A DNA stretch of 62,733 nt, filler included, from Blastocystis sp. subtype 4 (taxonomy: Eukaryota), in NCBI RefSeq assembly GCF_000743755.1. It is 15 parts of 15 records of this genome, joined end to end, with 100 filler letters (N's around TTAATTAATTAA, not from the genome) between each part and the next. Parts side by side here need not be neighbours in the genome. Positions count along the whole stretch, not along the records: positions 24,333 to 28,278 come from NW_014569008.1; positions 28,379 to 34,069 come from NW_014569007.1; positions 34,170 to 37,975 come from NW_014569006.1; 12 more parts are not named here. One strand, given 5' to 3'. The translations under genes and the position numbers were made by a program. Within the stretch, counting starts at the first letter, position 1. Each line of letters begins with the position of its first letter. Positions 25,153-35,670 of this stretch are shown here, piece after piece. Below the pieces are notes generated by a model. That model had not been told where the DNA came from, did not search any database, and saw nothing but the letters and a program-made list of their open reading frames with translations.

Positions 25153-27138
25153 ATCTGTTTGTTGGGAATGGAATAGATGGAATTAGGGTTTTTGATAAAC
25201 ACTACTTAGATGCCCTAGAGGGCACTTAACGTTCATACCATTCAGGCCTTGGACTTGTTCCCGAGTGGTCCCAGTCTCGAGTGATTGGTTGACAGTTCAT
25301 GAATCCAACCACTATTCCTGTTGGAGAATAGTAGTGACTTCTTCATGAAATGAACGATACACCCTGGCAACACGAAGTTTCCCTGAGAATGGTACCATTT
25401 CACATTCAGAAGTTAGGTCCTAATGGTGACCGAGTATGTGGATAAGACACCCTTCTAAAAGAGACATTGTCTGAATGAGAACAGATGATGATACCAAAAT
25501 GATGAGAAGAGAAGATAGTTGTTAGATGATAGAGTAGCATAAGAATAAAAGATTAGAGGTTGATAAGATGAAGATGTCCCATCGGGAAAGTTAAGAACAA
25601 TCAAGTCTATGAAGAAGGTAGTGTGAATCTGATTGTGTAGTATGAAGAAGTGAATGAAGTGGTAATCCATGATTGAAGAAGATGAGTAAAGAAGGGAATG
25701 AAGAAGTGAAGAGCCAGCCTAAGATGATTAGGTTGGTGATAGATAAGAATAGATAAGATTAGATGGGAAAAGGAAAAGATATAGGAGGCATTGATTTGAC
25801 TCTCCTATAATAGATGAATGTGTTTTGTTGGGTATAAGGGTACATAAAGAGATACAGGATAAAAGGACGAATGAAGTTATGTAGGTTATATACAGATTTG
25901 AAAGATGATAATAATAACTTGGTTGAAGTAATGACGAATCTGGAAGAGATAATAATATGAGACAAATAAGCCAGACTCAAGGCAAAGTGAAGAAGTTGGT
26001 TAATAGCAAAACACAGTGAATGAGTATAAAGACATAAGAATGAAGAGTCACTGAAGAAATGAAAGCACCAAGGTTCAGGGCAAAGCCAAGAACCATTGGT
26101 TACATGAGATATCTATCCAAAATGAAGGATCTAGACCAAGAAGTATGAGTCAAGACCAAAGACCAAGAACAAGGACTTAAAGATCTGGTTTCAAAACCAA
26201 AATCAAGAGTACGAATCAAAACTCAAGAAACAAGGGTGAAGAGTTAAAAACAAAAACCCACACTAAGATCCGAAAAGCTAAGGACGAATGACCAGAACCA
26301 TTGAGAATAATAATATGATGAGCCAACTTGGAAACTAAAGAGCCAATATGAAGAGCTAAGGGTGGAGGGAAGCAAAGAACCCTTGATCGATAATACAATC
26401 ACGAAGCAAGGTGAGGAATGATTGGGAGCAGTGCGTTTAAGAGGCAAAGACAGGAACCACATCGAAATAATGGAAGGCTTAAGGTAAAGACGAAGAAGCA
26501 TTGAGAGCAGCAATACTAGGAGCCACAAGGAAGGACGTAAGTGAGGGGGGTGAAGAAGCAAGGTCCAAGGACCAAGAACTAGGGACGAGATGAATGACAA
26601 TCGAGGGTGAGTGGTATAGACGAGGATGGTTGGGGATGTTTAGTAGCATAGCCAGAGACGAAGAGAAGAGTTATGGAGACTAGCTGTAAGAAAAGTAAAG
26701 TCGAAGAATGAGCCGAATATTAGAGGGAGTAGGTAGCGGAGTTTTGAGAAATGAGGAGAGTTATCCCGATTTAGCCAGGCCAGTGTCTAAAGTGAAGAAG
26801 GAACGAGAACTGAAACCTGTAGTGAAACCTGTAGCAAAGGAGTGAAGGAGTTCCTCTATGTCCAGGACGAATTGCCGAGTTCACGATGACTGTTGATACG
26901 AAGCTTGTTGACTGTCAGTAGTAGTAGTAATCTGATGCATGATACGTATTGTTTAGAAGCAGACAAACCGTTGCAAACATGGGCCTCCAACCCTGGGTAG
27001 TTATACAGGGAAGAGAATAGAAGACAAAATCGCCACGAAAATGCAGACAAAAAGGCCCATAAACAAGCTCGAAAAGGCAGACATTTTGATCATAATTTGG
27101 AGTATATCCAACCCATTTCAAGTCAAATGATAGACATG

Positions 27139-27253
27139 AATGTAGCACAAAAGTTTTGCATCTATTATCATAATGGTCAACAATGTAGCACAAATTCTTT
27201 GTTCATAATACTCTAGCAATGAAAAGTAACAATGACTATCAATGTATCACAAA
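27139..27253 (+). repeat. Three 13-bp direct repeats AATGTA(G/T)CACAAA
   Basis: 27139-27151 and 27182-27194 are identical; 27241-27253 has one mismatch; they lie just upstream of the ATG at 27273. Confidence 0.85.
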
Positions 27254-27272
27254 TAATATGTTGTTAAAGTAA

Positions 27273-27800
27273 ATGCATTACTCAATAATCATTCAAGGTA
27301 AACCATCAAATGGATCATTCACATGGGATAATCCTTATCGTTTCAACAATCCATACATTACTATCATCAAAGTACTATTAACACCAAATTCAGATTCACT
27401 CTTTTCAAACATTGATCAAACCAATACTGTATCTAATGGTAAAGGAGAATCTGTAGTATTTGAGAAAGGATATTATACTCTAGCTGAGATAATCGCTATC
27501 CTTAATCAAATGCAATATACTCAATACTCAATATCAAATGCAGTTTCAAGTTTTGGATGTTTCCATATACAATCATCATGTTCAGTTGATTTCTCACAAG
27601 CACCAGATATCATATACATATTAGGTCTAACAGAAACAACATATAATGCAGGTGCAAATACAGGAGCTAATATCATTGATATCACTAGAAACAGACAAGT
27701 GATACAAGTATAGAGGCCTGAGGCCAAAGCATGTACTGTGGAGGGTGTGGGCAAGGGCCTCAGGCCTCTTCATATTCTTCAATTGTCGCATCATTCTTTT
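27273..27800 (+). pseudogene. Polinton/adintovirus-like minor capsid (penton) gene relic, interrupted by an insertion
   Basis: Motif order FSNIDQTN / FEKGYYTLAEIIAILN / VDF..DIIYILGL / NIIDITRNRQVIQV[Y]SSIV resembles Polinton-type penton proteins; intronless, with A-ending codons unlike host genes. Confidence 0.65.
27711..27772. mobile_element. 62-nt GC-rich MITE-like hairpin insertion with perfect 14-bp inverted repeats
   Basis: AGAGGCCTGAGGCC (27712-27725) and GGCCTCAGGCCTCT (27756-27769); TA at both junctions; excision restores CAA GTA TAT TCT TCA ATT GTC. Confidence 0.7.
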
Positions 27801-27929
27801 GTGAACATGTGGATATAGAGAACAATTTCACTGATATGAACCGTGAATTAGATGGAGCTGTTCGATGGTATATCGAAGTAATGGGTACTCGCTTATTGTT
27901 AGTATCAATAGATTATTGCCTTATATGAT

Positions 27930-28278
27930 TTGAGTATTTGAGAACAAGGGGAATGATTGTAAGAATAATAACAATAATTGAGGAATTGTTGGTACTATTG
28001 ATTTAGGCTCCATATAGAAAACACAGTTGAGTTTTAATTGATCCCATTTCATTTGAAGGTTGTACAATGACTAATGCAGATGTGATATATTCTGATGGAA
28101 CATCAGAAATGGTTCTATTGTTCTGATCATTTGATAGACCAGGAGGAAGAACTCCTAAAGCAATAATAATCAGTGGATTATCACCAATAATGGATGGAAA
28201 GATTGAGGATAATTCTCCCTTTTCAAGTATGATTTCATTTATATAATAATATAGATAGAGAACCAATCACTTGTATGA
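27930..28278 (-). pseudogene. Decayed Ig-like (He_PIG) surface-protein 3' fragment
   Basis: GVLPPGLS..TISDVP..SNEMGSIKTQL, with a premature stop at 28003 before a TM-like tract IIVIILTIIPLVL. Confidence 0.6.
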
Positions 28279-28405
28279 NNNNNNNNNNNNNNNNNNNNNN
28301 NNNNNNNNNNNNNNNNNNNNNNTTAATTAATTAANNNNNNNNNNNNNNNNNNNNNNNNNNNNNNNNNNNNNNNNNNNNAACAAACATCCGAAAGAAACAG
28401 GAGAA

Positions 28406-29017
28406 TTACTTCTTCAAGTTGACAAGGAACTTGGATACACCAGCGTTATCGGGCTTGAAGGTAGTTTGGCCTTCATGCCAGTTAGCAGGACACACCTCTC
28501 CATGCTCATCACTGAACTGGAGACCCTTAATTACACGGATCGTCTCTTCAACATTACGACCAACACCATTGTCATTAATATAGATGTGACGAATCTTACG
28601 GTTGGGGTCAATCAAGAACAGACCACGGAAAGCCTGAGCATAATCAAGACCAGAGGCATCCTCATTGTACACACCATAAGCCTTCATGGTCTCTCGAGTA
28701 ATATCAGAGAGCAGAGGAATGTTGATCAGTCCACCAAGGCCTCCCTCAGAACGAGCAGCCTTCAACCAGCTCAGATGAGTGTAAGGAGAATCTCCAGAGA
28801 TTCCAAGCACAACAGTGTTCACAGCAGCCAGCTTGTCAGCAGCATCGTTGTAGGCAAAGATCTCAGTAGGACATACAAAGGTCCAATCCATGGGATAGAA
28901 CAGCAGGATCACCCACTTTCCCTTGTAGTTATCCAGAGTCACATTTGAGATAGTTTCAGTTCCTTGAGCACCATTCAAGCAAAACTCAGGAGCAGTCTGA
29001 CGAATAGTAACAGGCAT
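28406..29017 (-). CDS. Typical 2-Cys peroxiredoxin (AhpC/Prx1 family), intronless
   Basis: FYPMDWTFVCPTE and GEVCPANW. Confidence 0.96.
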   Translation of the reverse strand: MPVTIRQTAPEFCLNGAQGTETISNVTLDNYKGKWVILLFYPMDWTFVCPTEIFAYNDAADKLAAVNTVVLGISGDSPYTHLSWLKAARSEGGLGGLINIPLLSDITRETMKAYGVYNEDASGLDYAQAFRGLFLIDPNRKIRHIYINDNGVGRNVEETIRVIKGLQFSDEHGEVCPANWHEGQTTFKPDNAGVSKFLVNLKK

Positions 29018-29460
29018 TATGTAAAAGAGAAGATAAATCCAATAATAAAAGAAAATATGTCAAAAGAAAAGATCCACAGCTCATTTGTTGTCAATCGATC
29101 TGTTGGCGAACAGTCTTTTGAAAGATCCGCCAGAAATAGTGAAAAACCACGATTCTACATTACCAATTTCCATATGCCTTCTAGAACATGGACTGTTACG
29201 ATTCATCAAGAATCCAACTGCATATCGTTTGTCCTTACATCCAGTGAGCTGTTCTCAACAAGCAGATAATGATGTTGACAGCCTCAATAGCTGCCTGTTC
29301 TTCAGAGCCTCTACGTTCATTTGAGGAGATTGGTGCAATTCAGAATGGAGAAAGAACCACCAAAGTGAGAATTGCTAGAATTGACGAAAAACCGTTTCTC
29401 CGCCTCCTTGTTTTCTGCCATTGAATCATCTCATTATTGGTTTTCGAATCCTATAACCCC

Positions 29461-31049
29461 ATGTCTCAAGATACTTCGTCATTGGCTAAGGGAAAGTGTA
29501 ATTCCTGTGAGTTGTAAGAAAAGGGCGTAAACAATAGCTTTCGATATTTCAAACAAGATGATTCCTTTCCTTGATATCCATATGGTCCTTCCAATCTTCG
29601 ATTGGCTTGAAGATTCTAAGATATCCTCTTTTCGATCCAATTCGATAGAACATCTTAACACACAAATGTACAGGGAGAATGAAATTGCTAAGGCTCGTCT
29701 TGCTCTTCTGAACAACACCAACATGGTGGAGTACGCTATGGATGAGTTCAAGAAAATCCACAAGACGGAAGATGTTCCGGAAGGTAAGAGTAGATGAAAA
29801 GGAGTGAGAGTTAGAGATGGAGAATCGAAATGGAGCTGTAATGAAGCAGTACGAGTCTATCAAGAAGTCGAAACTATCTGAATGTGCTGAGAGTTGTTAC
29901 AATGAATTGAATGAGACGAAAGTGATTCCAGTTTTGAGTGATGCTGAATTGGAAGAATATGGCGTAAGGGAAATGATTTTGTTCAATTTCAGATCCAGCG
30001 TGAAGAGTTAGACAAGTGTATGGATTATGGCAAATTCCTTATGAATTGTGGATTGTACCAAGATGCCTTGATTATGATCACCTTCTACATGTAGTTCTAT
30101 TTGTGTTAGATAATAGATAGGGCTCAACTCCCTCGCACTACTTGTAAAGACCTGTTCCAAGATCGTTTGATGAATTGTTACTGGGGTCGTTTGACTTGTG
30201 AGATTCTGATCGATGAACCTGAAGGAGCTCAGAACGATCTTCGTCAGATGGAGCAGTATCTGAATCAGGTAGAATCTTCGGTACCTGCTGCCCAAATCCT
30301 TCAATCCCGTTGTTGGCTTCTTCATTATTCATTGTATCTCTTCTCACGTTATCCTGAGGATATCGATCAGTTTGTTCGTCTGTCTCTGCGTCGTGAGTGA
30401 GTATTTCTCTTTGAATTCATCGTAGATACTTGGCAGCGATGGAGATCAACTGTCCATGGCTCTTACGATATGTGGCTGTGGTAGCAGTGGTACAGAACCG
30501 TCAGAATTTGGCTCGTGTGGTGGATATTCTGGATCGAAGACAGGAGTCATTGGAAGATCCTCTGTTACTGTTCCTTCACAGTCTGTTGATTCGAATGGAC
30601 TTTGAAGCAGCATCGAAGGAATTAGGACGTTGTCCTGATGTGTTTGAGAGTGACTTCTTTTTGAGAGTGAATGGAGAGGAATTGCTTCAAGTAAGAGAAN
30701 NNNNNNNNNNNNNNNNNNNNCAGTTGTTAGTTCTGGAGTTGTTGTTCCATGTGCAACGTAGTATCACGATGGAGAATCTGGCTCAGACTGTGAGTATGTG
30801 TAGGCAATGATTGTAGGATATGAGATAGCGATGACAGAATGTGAGAAGTGGGTGAAGGAGTTGGTAGAGAAGGATGTAATGAAGATGACAATCAGTGAAA
30901 AGGGATATGTGACAATCTCCAAAGCAACTCCTTCAGTGTAAGAGATGGAGTGGGAATTGAAAGTAGATATGAACAAGTTATGGAGAAATCAAAGGAACTA
31001 GAGCAAAGGATTAATGTCATGCAAAAGATTCTGACTTCAAAACGAGAAT
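29461..31049 (+). CDS. EIF3E: Translation initiation factor eIF3 subunit E (INT6), multi-exon, poly(A)-created stop
   Basis: FDISNKMIPFLDIHMVLPIFDWL, LLNNTNMVEYAMD, YWGRLTCEIL, LQSRCWLLHYSL, CPWLLRY, FESDFFL; ends TSKRE, then T31049 + TGAG + TGTTTGTT. Confidence 0.92.
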
Positions 31050-31074
31050 TGAGTGTTTGTTCAACTAACAAGGC

Positions 31075-32279
31075 AATCTACAATCAACCCTTTTCCTCCT
31101 AAAGTGATACACTCTCCTTTAAACCCTTCTTCTTGTAGTCTATTGAGGAGTTGCTCTTGATTTGATGAATCCTCTGTTATAGCCATCACACAACCTCCAC
31201 CACCTCCTCCTGTTAACTTGGCGACATATCCATATTCAGCTGCAATTGAAACAACCTTATCAATCGCTTCACAGCTAACACCTAGAACCTTCAATATACC
31301 TTGATTCACTCGAATCACTTCACAAATCCCTTCTAACTGGAACTGCTTCTCATTCACCACCGCCTTTACTAGGGCTTCAATGGAATCAAAAAGATAATCT
31401 GTTGCTTCTGGCAAAGCTTCTCGCAGTTTACGTACTCTTGCTATCATTTGGGCCGTATTCTTTGGTAACATAGTATCAATGAGAATCACTGATAATGGAT
31501 CTGATTCAACAAAATCAATCATGTATTCACCATCTTGCTTCTTACAGAACTCAACAAGACCACCTCCATTTCAGTCCCTCTACACTACCTACCATAACAG
31601 GACACAGTATTGTCGATCCCAGAAGGTGAACCATGAAACAATACTTCTCCCTTGAATGCCCACTTGTTCACTTCTCTCAAAAACAAACCATTCTCTTTTG
31701 AACCGGGATTTCCATACTCTAGCATTGCACTAGCCAATGATACACACAATGCAGCAGATCCTCCAAGACCCTTTTGAACAGGAACACCATGATTCTCAAG
31801 TCTCACAGTCAAACCACAGCACCATTCATCACGTCTACAACATATACATCACTCACCTATCATACGATAACAATTGATACATATAAAAGACAGTCATCAC
31901 AACTGCACTCTTTGTTAATGGAGAAATCGGATTCATCTCAATTTCTGACATGGATAGGATCGAATCAAATATCCGGTCTATGGAAAACCCTTCCATTGCA
32001 GATTGACTCCTCTGAAACCAACTTGTATTCATCTTCTGTAATGAATTTGTATCCAATACCACGGTTTCAAAGTGATTTCCAGTATCCTCACTTACACTAA
32101 CAGCTAGTCTTTGATCATTGTTCGAACTCTATATTTCACTGTAATAAACTTAACGATACAATCCAACAATGGATTCGTTTGGAACTCACCGATCCACACA
32201 ATGCTTTCCGATTATACACTACGGAGTGTTCTCCGAAGAGAATCAACTTCCCAGGAGCACTAGTGTGAACACTCTTCAT
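31075..32279 (-). CDS. MVK: Mevalonate kinase (GHMP family), multi-exon; stop probably poly(A)-created at 31075 (next genomic TGA at 31061)
   Basis: SAPGKLILFGEHSVVY, PVQKGLGGSAA, HGSPSGIDNTVS, AKLTGGGGGGC. Confidence 0.92.
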
Positions 32280-32349
32280 ATACACAAATCTGGGAATGAT
32301 GCAACAAACACAAAGAAAAGTATTACATCCATTCGAATGAACACGATCT

Positions 32350-32993
32350 TTACTCGTCATCCTCGCTCTCCTCAGCGACGCACAACTCCTTATCAGAGAC
32401 GTAGATACCATCAAGGAACTTACGGATATCCTTATTTCTCACCAGCACAGACTGATAGATCTGAGCAGCTAAATATTATCCAAAGTATCATCACTTACCA
32501 GAAGTGGACACAGCTTCGATATCGTTTCCCTCAAGGATGATTTCATCCTTCTGAGCCTCAGACTTGGCCACAGTCACTCCTTCGAGCATGTGGATATGAC
32601 GCACTCTCTTCTCTCCAAGGAAGTTACGAACCTCCACCTTCTTTCCCTCCTTGTTGATAGCAACATTGATGGGGAAGTGGGCATACACGAAACGCATCTT
32701 GTAGCGGTATCCGTGAGTCACACCAGTGATCATGTTGCGGATGTGAGTGCAGATCGAGCGTACGACAGCAATGTTCTTGTGGAGTCCGAACCAGAGGTCA
32801 ACAACCACTTTATTTCCCTCCTTCTTGATATCGACGAACTGATGGCTGAAATCACGACGAAGGGTTCCACGAGGTCCCTTCACCACAACACGTCGGTTCT
32901 TGATGTACACTTCCACTAGTTACTCATTATCCCAAAATACTCCCTACCTCCTTCAGGAATCTCAACATGGTTAGAAGAAAGAGTTATCTTCAT
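32350..32993 (-). CDS. RPL9: 60S ribosomal protein uL6/L9, two introns
   Basis: [45 protein letters not shown]. Confidence 0.96.
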
Positions 32994-33853
32994 CTTAGCC
33001 TTGGTTCAAGTCAAATAGATGCAATTATGAGAATTGATGGCTAGAACGGAATCTCTCATATTCTTCAAAGAGAATGACCCACACTGAACACTGGAACCAC
33101 TATACTTGCGCAAGTGTATAGTAGTTCCATTCCCGATTCTCTTTGAAGTATCATGTAGAGTGATCGTCTTGCATTTCTTGACCACACTTTATTCTTTTCT
33201 TTTGAGAACCATTGATAGTGTTGAACCAGTTGGGGTATGTGTCTGAGTCCAGTGTTGTCTTTCTTGTGTGGTGGAATGGTCCTTAGGGTGAGCAAACCGC
33301 TTTTTATTCTTGGTAGCTATGAATACGATCCTTCCTAAGTGGTCGTTGTTCACGTATCCAAGAGAAATATATTGTTCACTATACGAGATGAGTATCTCTT
33401 TGTTTGGTCTTGTCTGCCATGTTGAACTCAAATCTAACCTTTTCTTAGATCTGTAAGTAGTGGTGAAACTGTATTCTCTCCTTGTCCATTTGGAGGGTGC
33501 TTTTCTGTGCATAGGACATATGGATAGGGAGTAAAAGTGAGAGTGCTAATAGCAAGCAGTGTGTGTTTCGACACTTGAATCAATCATTGGGCGCATGATC
33601 CCATTCTAACATTTGTGTAGATCCCTGAGAAGTGTAAGTGTGTTTCTTTTTTGGCTCCCACTAGGCCTGCAAGTCATAGTTGAATTGTGACTTCAGTTTT
33701 TTTGTGGGAGAATAGATGGAGATGAGCAACGGCAATGTTGAATAGCATTGAGTTTGTTTTATCTAATATTCTTTAGAGGTTATGTTGAATTGTGTTTGTT
33801 GTTGAACTATCATGTTTGTGCTCTCATAAAGAGACACCCAACAATTTAGAGAA

Positions 33854-34069
33854 ATGGTCACTTGTGCCCATCACAGAAACTGTAAGTTGTGTGATATGAA
33901 AAAGTCGTGAATCCTGTTGTCGTGGTGTAAATGGCGTATGTTGTATTGCAACCGTTTCTAATCTCCTATCAGATCGTCTTACTTTCAGTACTCCCCGTCG
34001 TCCTTATGAACGCGAGCGTCTGGATCAGGAGCTTCGTATTTGTGGAGAGTATGGTCTCCGCTGCAAGCG
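33854..34069 (+). CDS. RPS9: 40S ribosomal protein uS4/S9, 5' fragment with a 91-nt intron (33882-33972)
   Basis: Spliced [42 protein letters not shown]. Confidence 0.92.
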
Positions 34070-34169
34070 NNNNNNNNNNNNNNNNNNNNNNNNNNNNNNN
34101 NNNNNNNNNNNNNTTAATTAATTAANNNNNNNNNNNNNNNNNNNNNNNNNNNNNNNNNNNNNNNNNNNN

Positions 34170-34268
34170 GCTGAGAAAGAAGAGAAAGAAGAATTGAATC
34201 GTCTTCAAAAGAAAGAAGAGAAGAAAAAGAACTGATCGTTTAGTCCTGTATTTGTTTTAACAAATTTC
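34170..34268 (+). repeat. 99-bp inverted repeat, left copy (right copy 37877-37975); it is the 3' end of an unidentified duplicated gene
   Basis: Exact reverse-complement match; encodes AEKEEKEELNRLQKKEEKKKN*. Confidence 0.95.
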
Positions 34269-34271
34269 GTT

Positions 34272-35580
34272 ATGGAGGATATTGATGAAGTGAATCTGGA
34301 TAGAATTAGTATCGCTCCGATGCTTGATGTGACAAATACGTGATATGTGTTGGTTCCTGATAATTTTAGTTTTCAAAGGTATATGATGCGTCAATTGACG
34401 AAATCTTGTACCCTATATAGCGAAATGTTTGTGGCTGAGACGTTGTTGTTTTCAAGATATACAGATGACATTATTGAGTTTTAAACATGAGTGATTCTTG
34501 ATTGTAGTTTTGATAACTCTGAACATCCACTTGTGGGTCAACTTGGTGGGAACAATCCGGAACATATTGCTACGGCAGCAAAAATGTTAGCAGACCGTGG
34601 CTATGATGAAATCAATTTAAATTGCGGTTGTCCAAGCAATCTTGTTTCTGTTGCTTTTTGCTTATACTGTCATAGATAGAAGAAGGAATTTGGTGCAAAA
34701 TTGATGTTGAAACCTAAATTGGTTCGAGATATCGTTTTGGCTATTAAAAAGAAGATATCCATTCCTGTTACTGTTAAATGTCGTATAGGTGTCGATTGTA
34801 TTATCCATGCTGTGTTGATAATATAGCTCGAGACAGTTATGAGGAACTTGTTGACTTCATCTCCATTGTTAGTGGTGTATCGAATCCACTAACACTTGGA
34901 ACTACTGCTTCCAATCAGAATGTTAATCATTTTATCATTCATGCAAGGAAATGTTGGACATGTGGTGTAAACACGAGAGAAAATCGTCGTATTCCTCCTC
35001 TTCAGTACGACTGGATATTCCGTCTATTGGATGACTTTCCTTCAATCGATTTCACTCTCAATGGCGGTATCAAGAGCTTTGCTGAAGCTAACGAGTTGCT
35101 GAATCGAGAATCGTATTCTTTTACACAGTTTATAATTAGACCAAATTTACATCGGAAATTGCGAGGTATAATGATTGGAAGAATGGCAATGCAAAATTCA
35201 TGGCTCTTTCGGCACGCTGACGAACTGTTTTATCATCGATCTGGTCCTCATCTCACCCGACGTCAGGTTGTTGAGAATTATATCAATTATGTCGAAAGAA
35301 TGCAGAAAACACATTGTATGAGAGAAGAGTCACATCAATTCTAGTATCATGGAAACCAGTGGCTTCTGTAGTATCTAGACCATTGAATACGCTGTTTTCC
35401 GGGGCTTTGCGAGGGGGAAGTGTGTTTCGGAGCGTTCTCCAAGACAAGTTGACTGTGAAGAAACTTCCATTTCGACAAGCTGTTTTAGAGTCGCTAAAGT
35501 GTTTTGATGATTCATTTCTGGATTCCATTGATGATGCTGATTATGCGAATCTTGGTAGTTATCAGATTGTAATTGAGTAG
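34272..35580 (+). CDS. tRNA-dihydrouridine synthase, DusA-type, multi-exon
   Basis: SIAPMLDVT, LYSEM, QLGGNNP, GYDEINLNCGCPS, PVTVKCRIGVD, FIIHARK, ENRRIPPLQY, LNGGI, GIMIGR. Confidence 0.92.
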
Positions 35581-35670
35581 CTGTCCATTTAGTCTTTTCT
35601 TGTTTCTTACCACATTCTTGGTAGTGTTCCCGCGGTTCTTGTTAGTACAATAATAACCTACAGAAACCAA

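Noticed and set aside
27708..27775. Programmed translational bypassing or stop readthrough (TAG followed by a hairpin)
   Set aside because: Take-off GTA and putative landing TCA codons do not match, and simple readthrough is out of frame with YSSIV; an inactivating insertion is simpler.
29050..29421. Possible small minus-strand gene (MAENKEAEKR...) with an in-frame TGA, as a selenoprotein or CHCH protein
   Set aside because: I could not build a consistent exon structure or find a recognisable motif or SECIS; left uncalled.
33040..33830. Short ORFs between RPL9 and RPS9
   Set aside because: No recognisable product or convincing splice model; may hide a small gene but unsupported.
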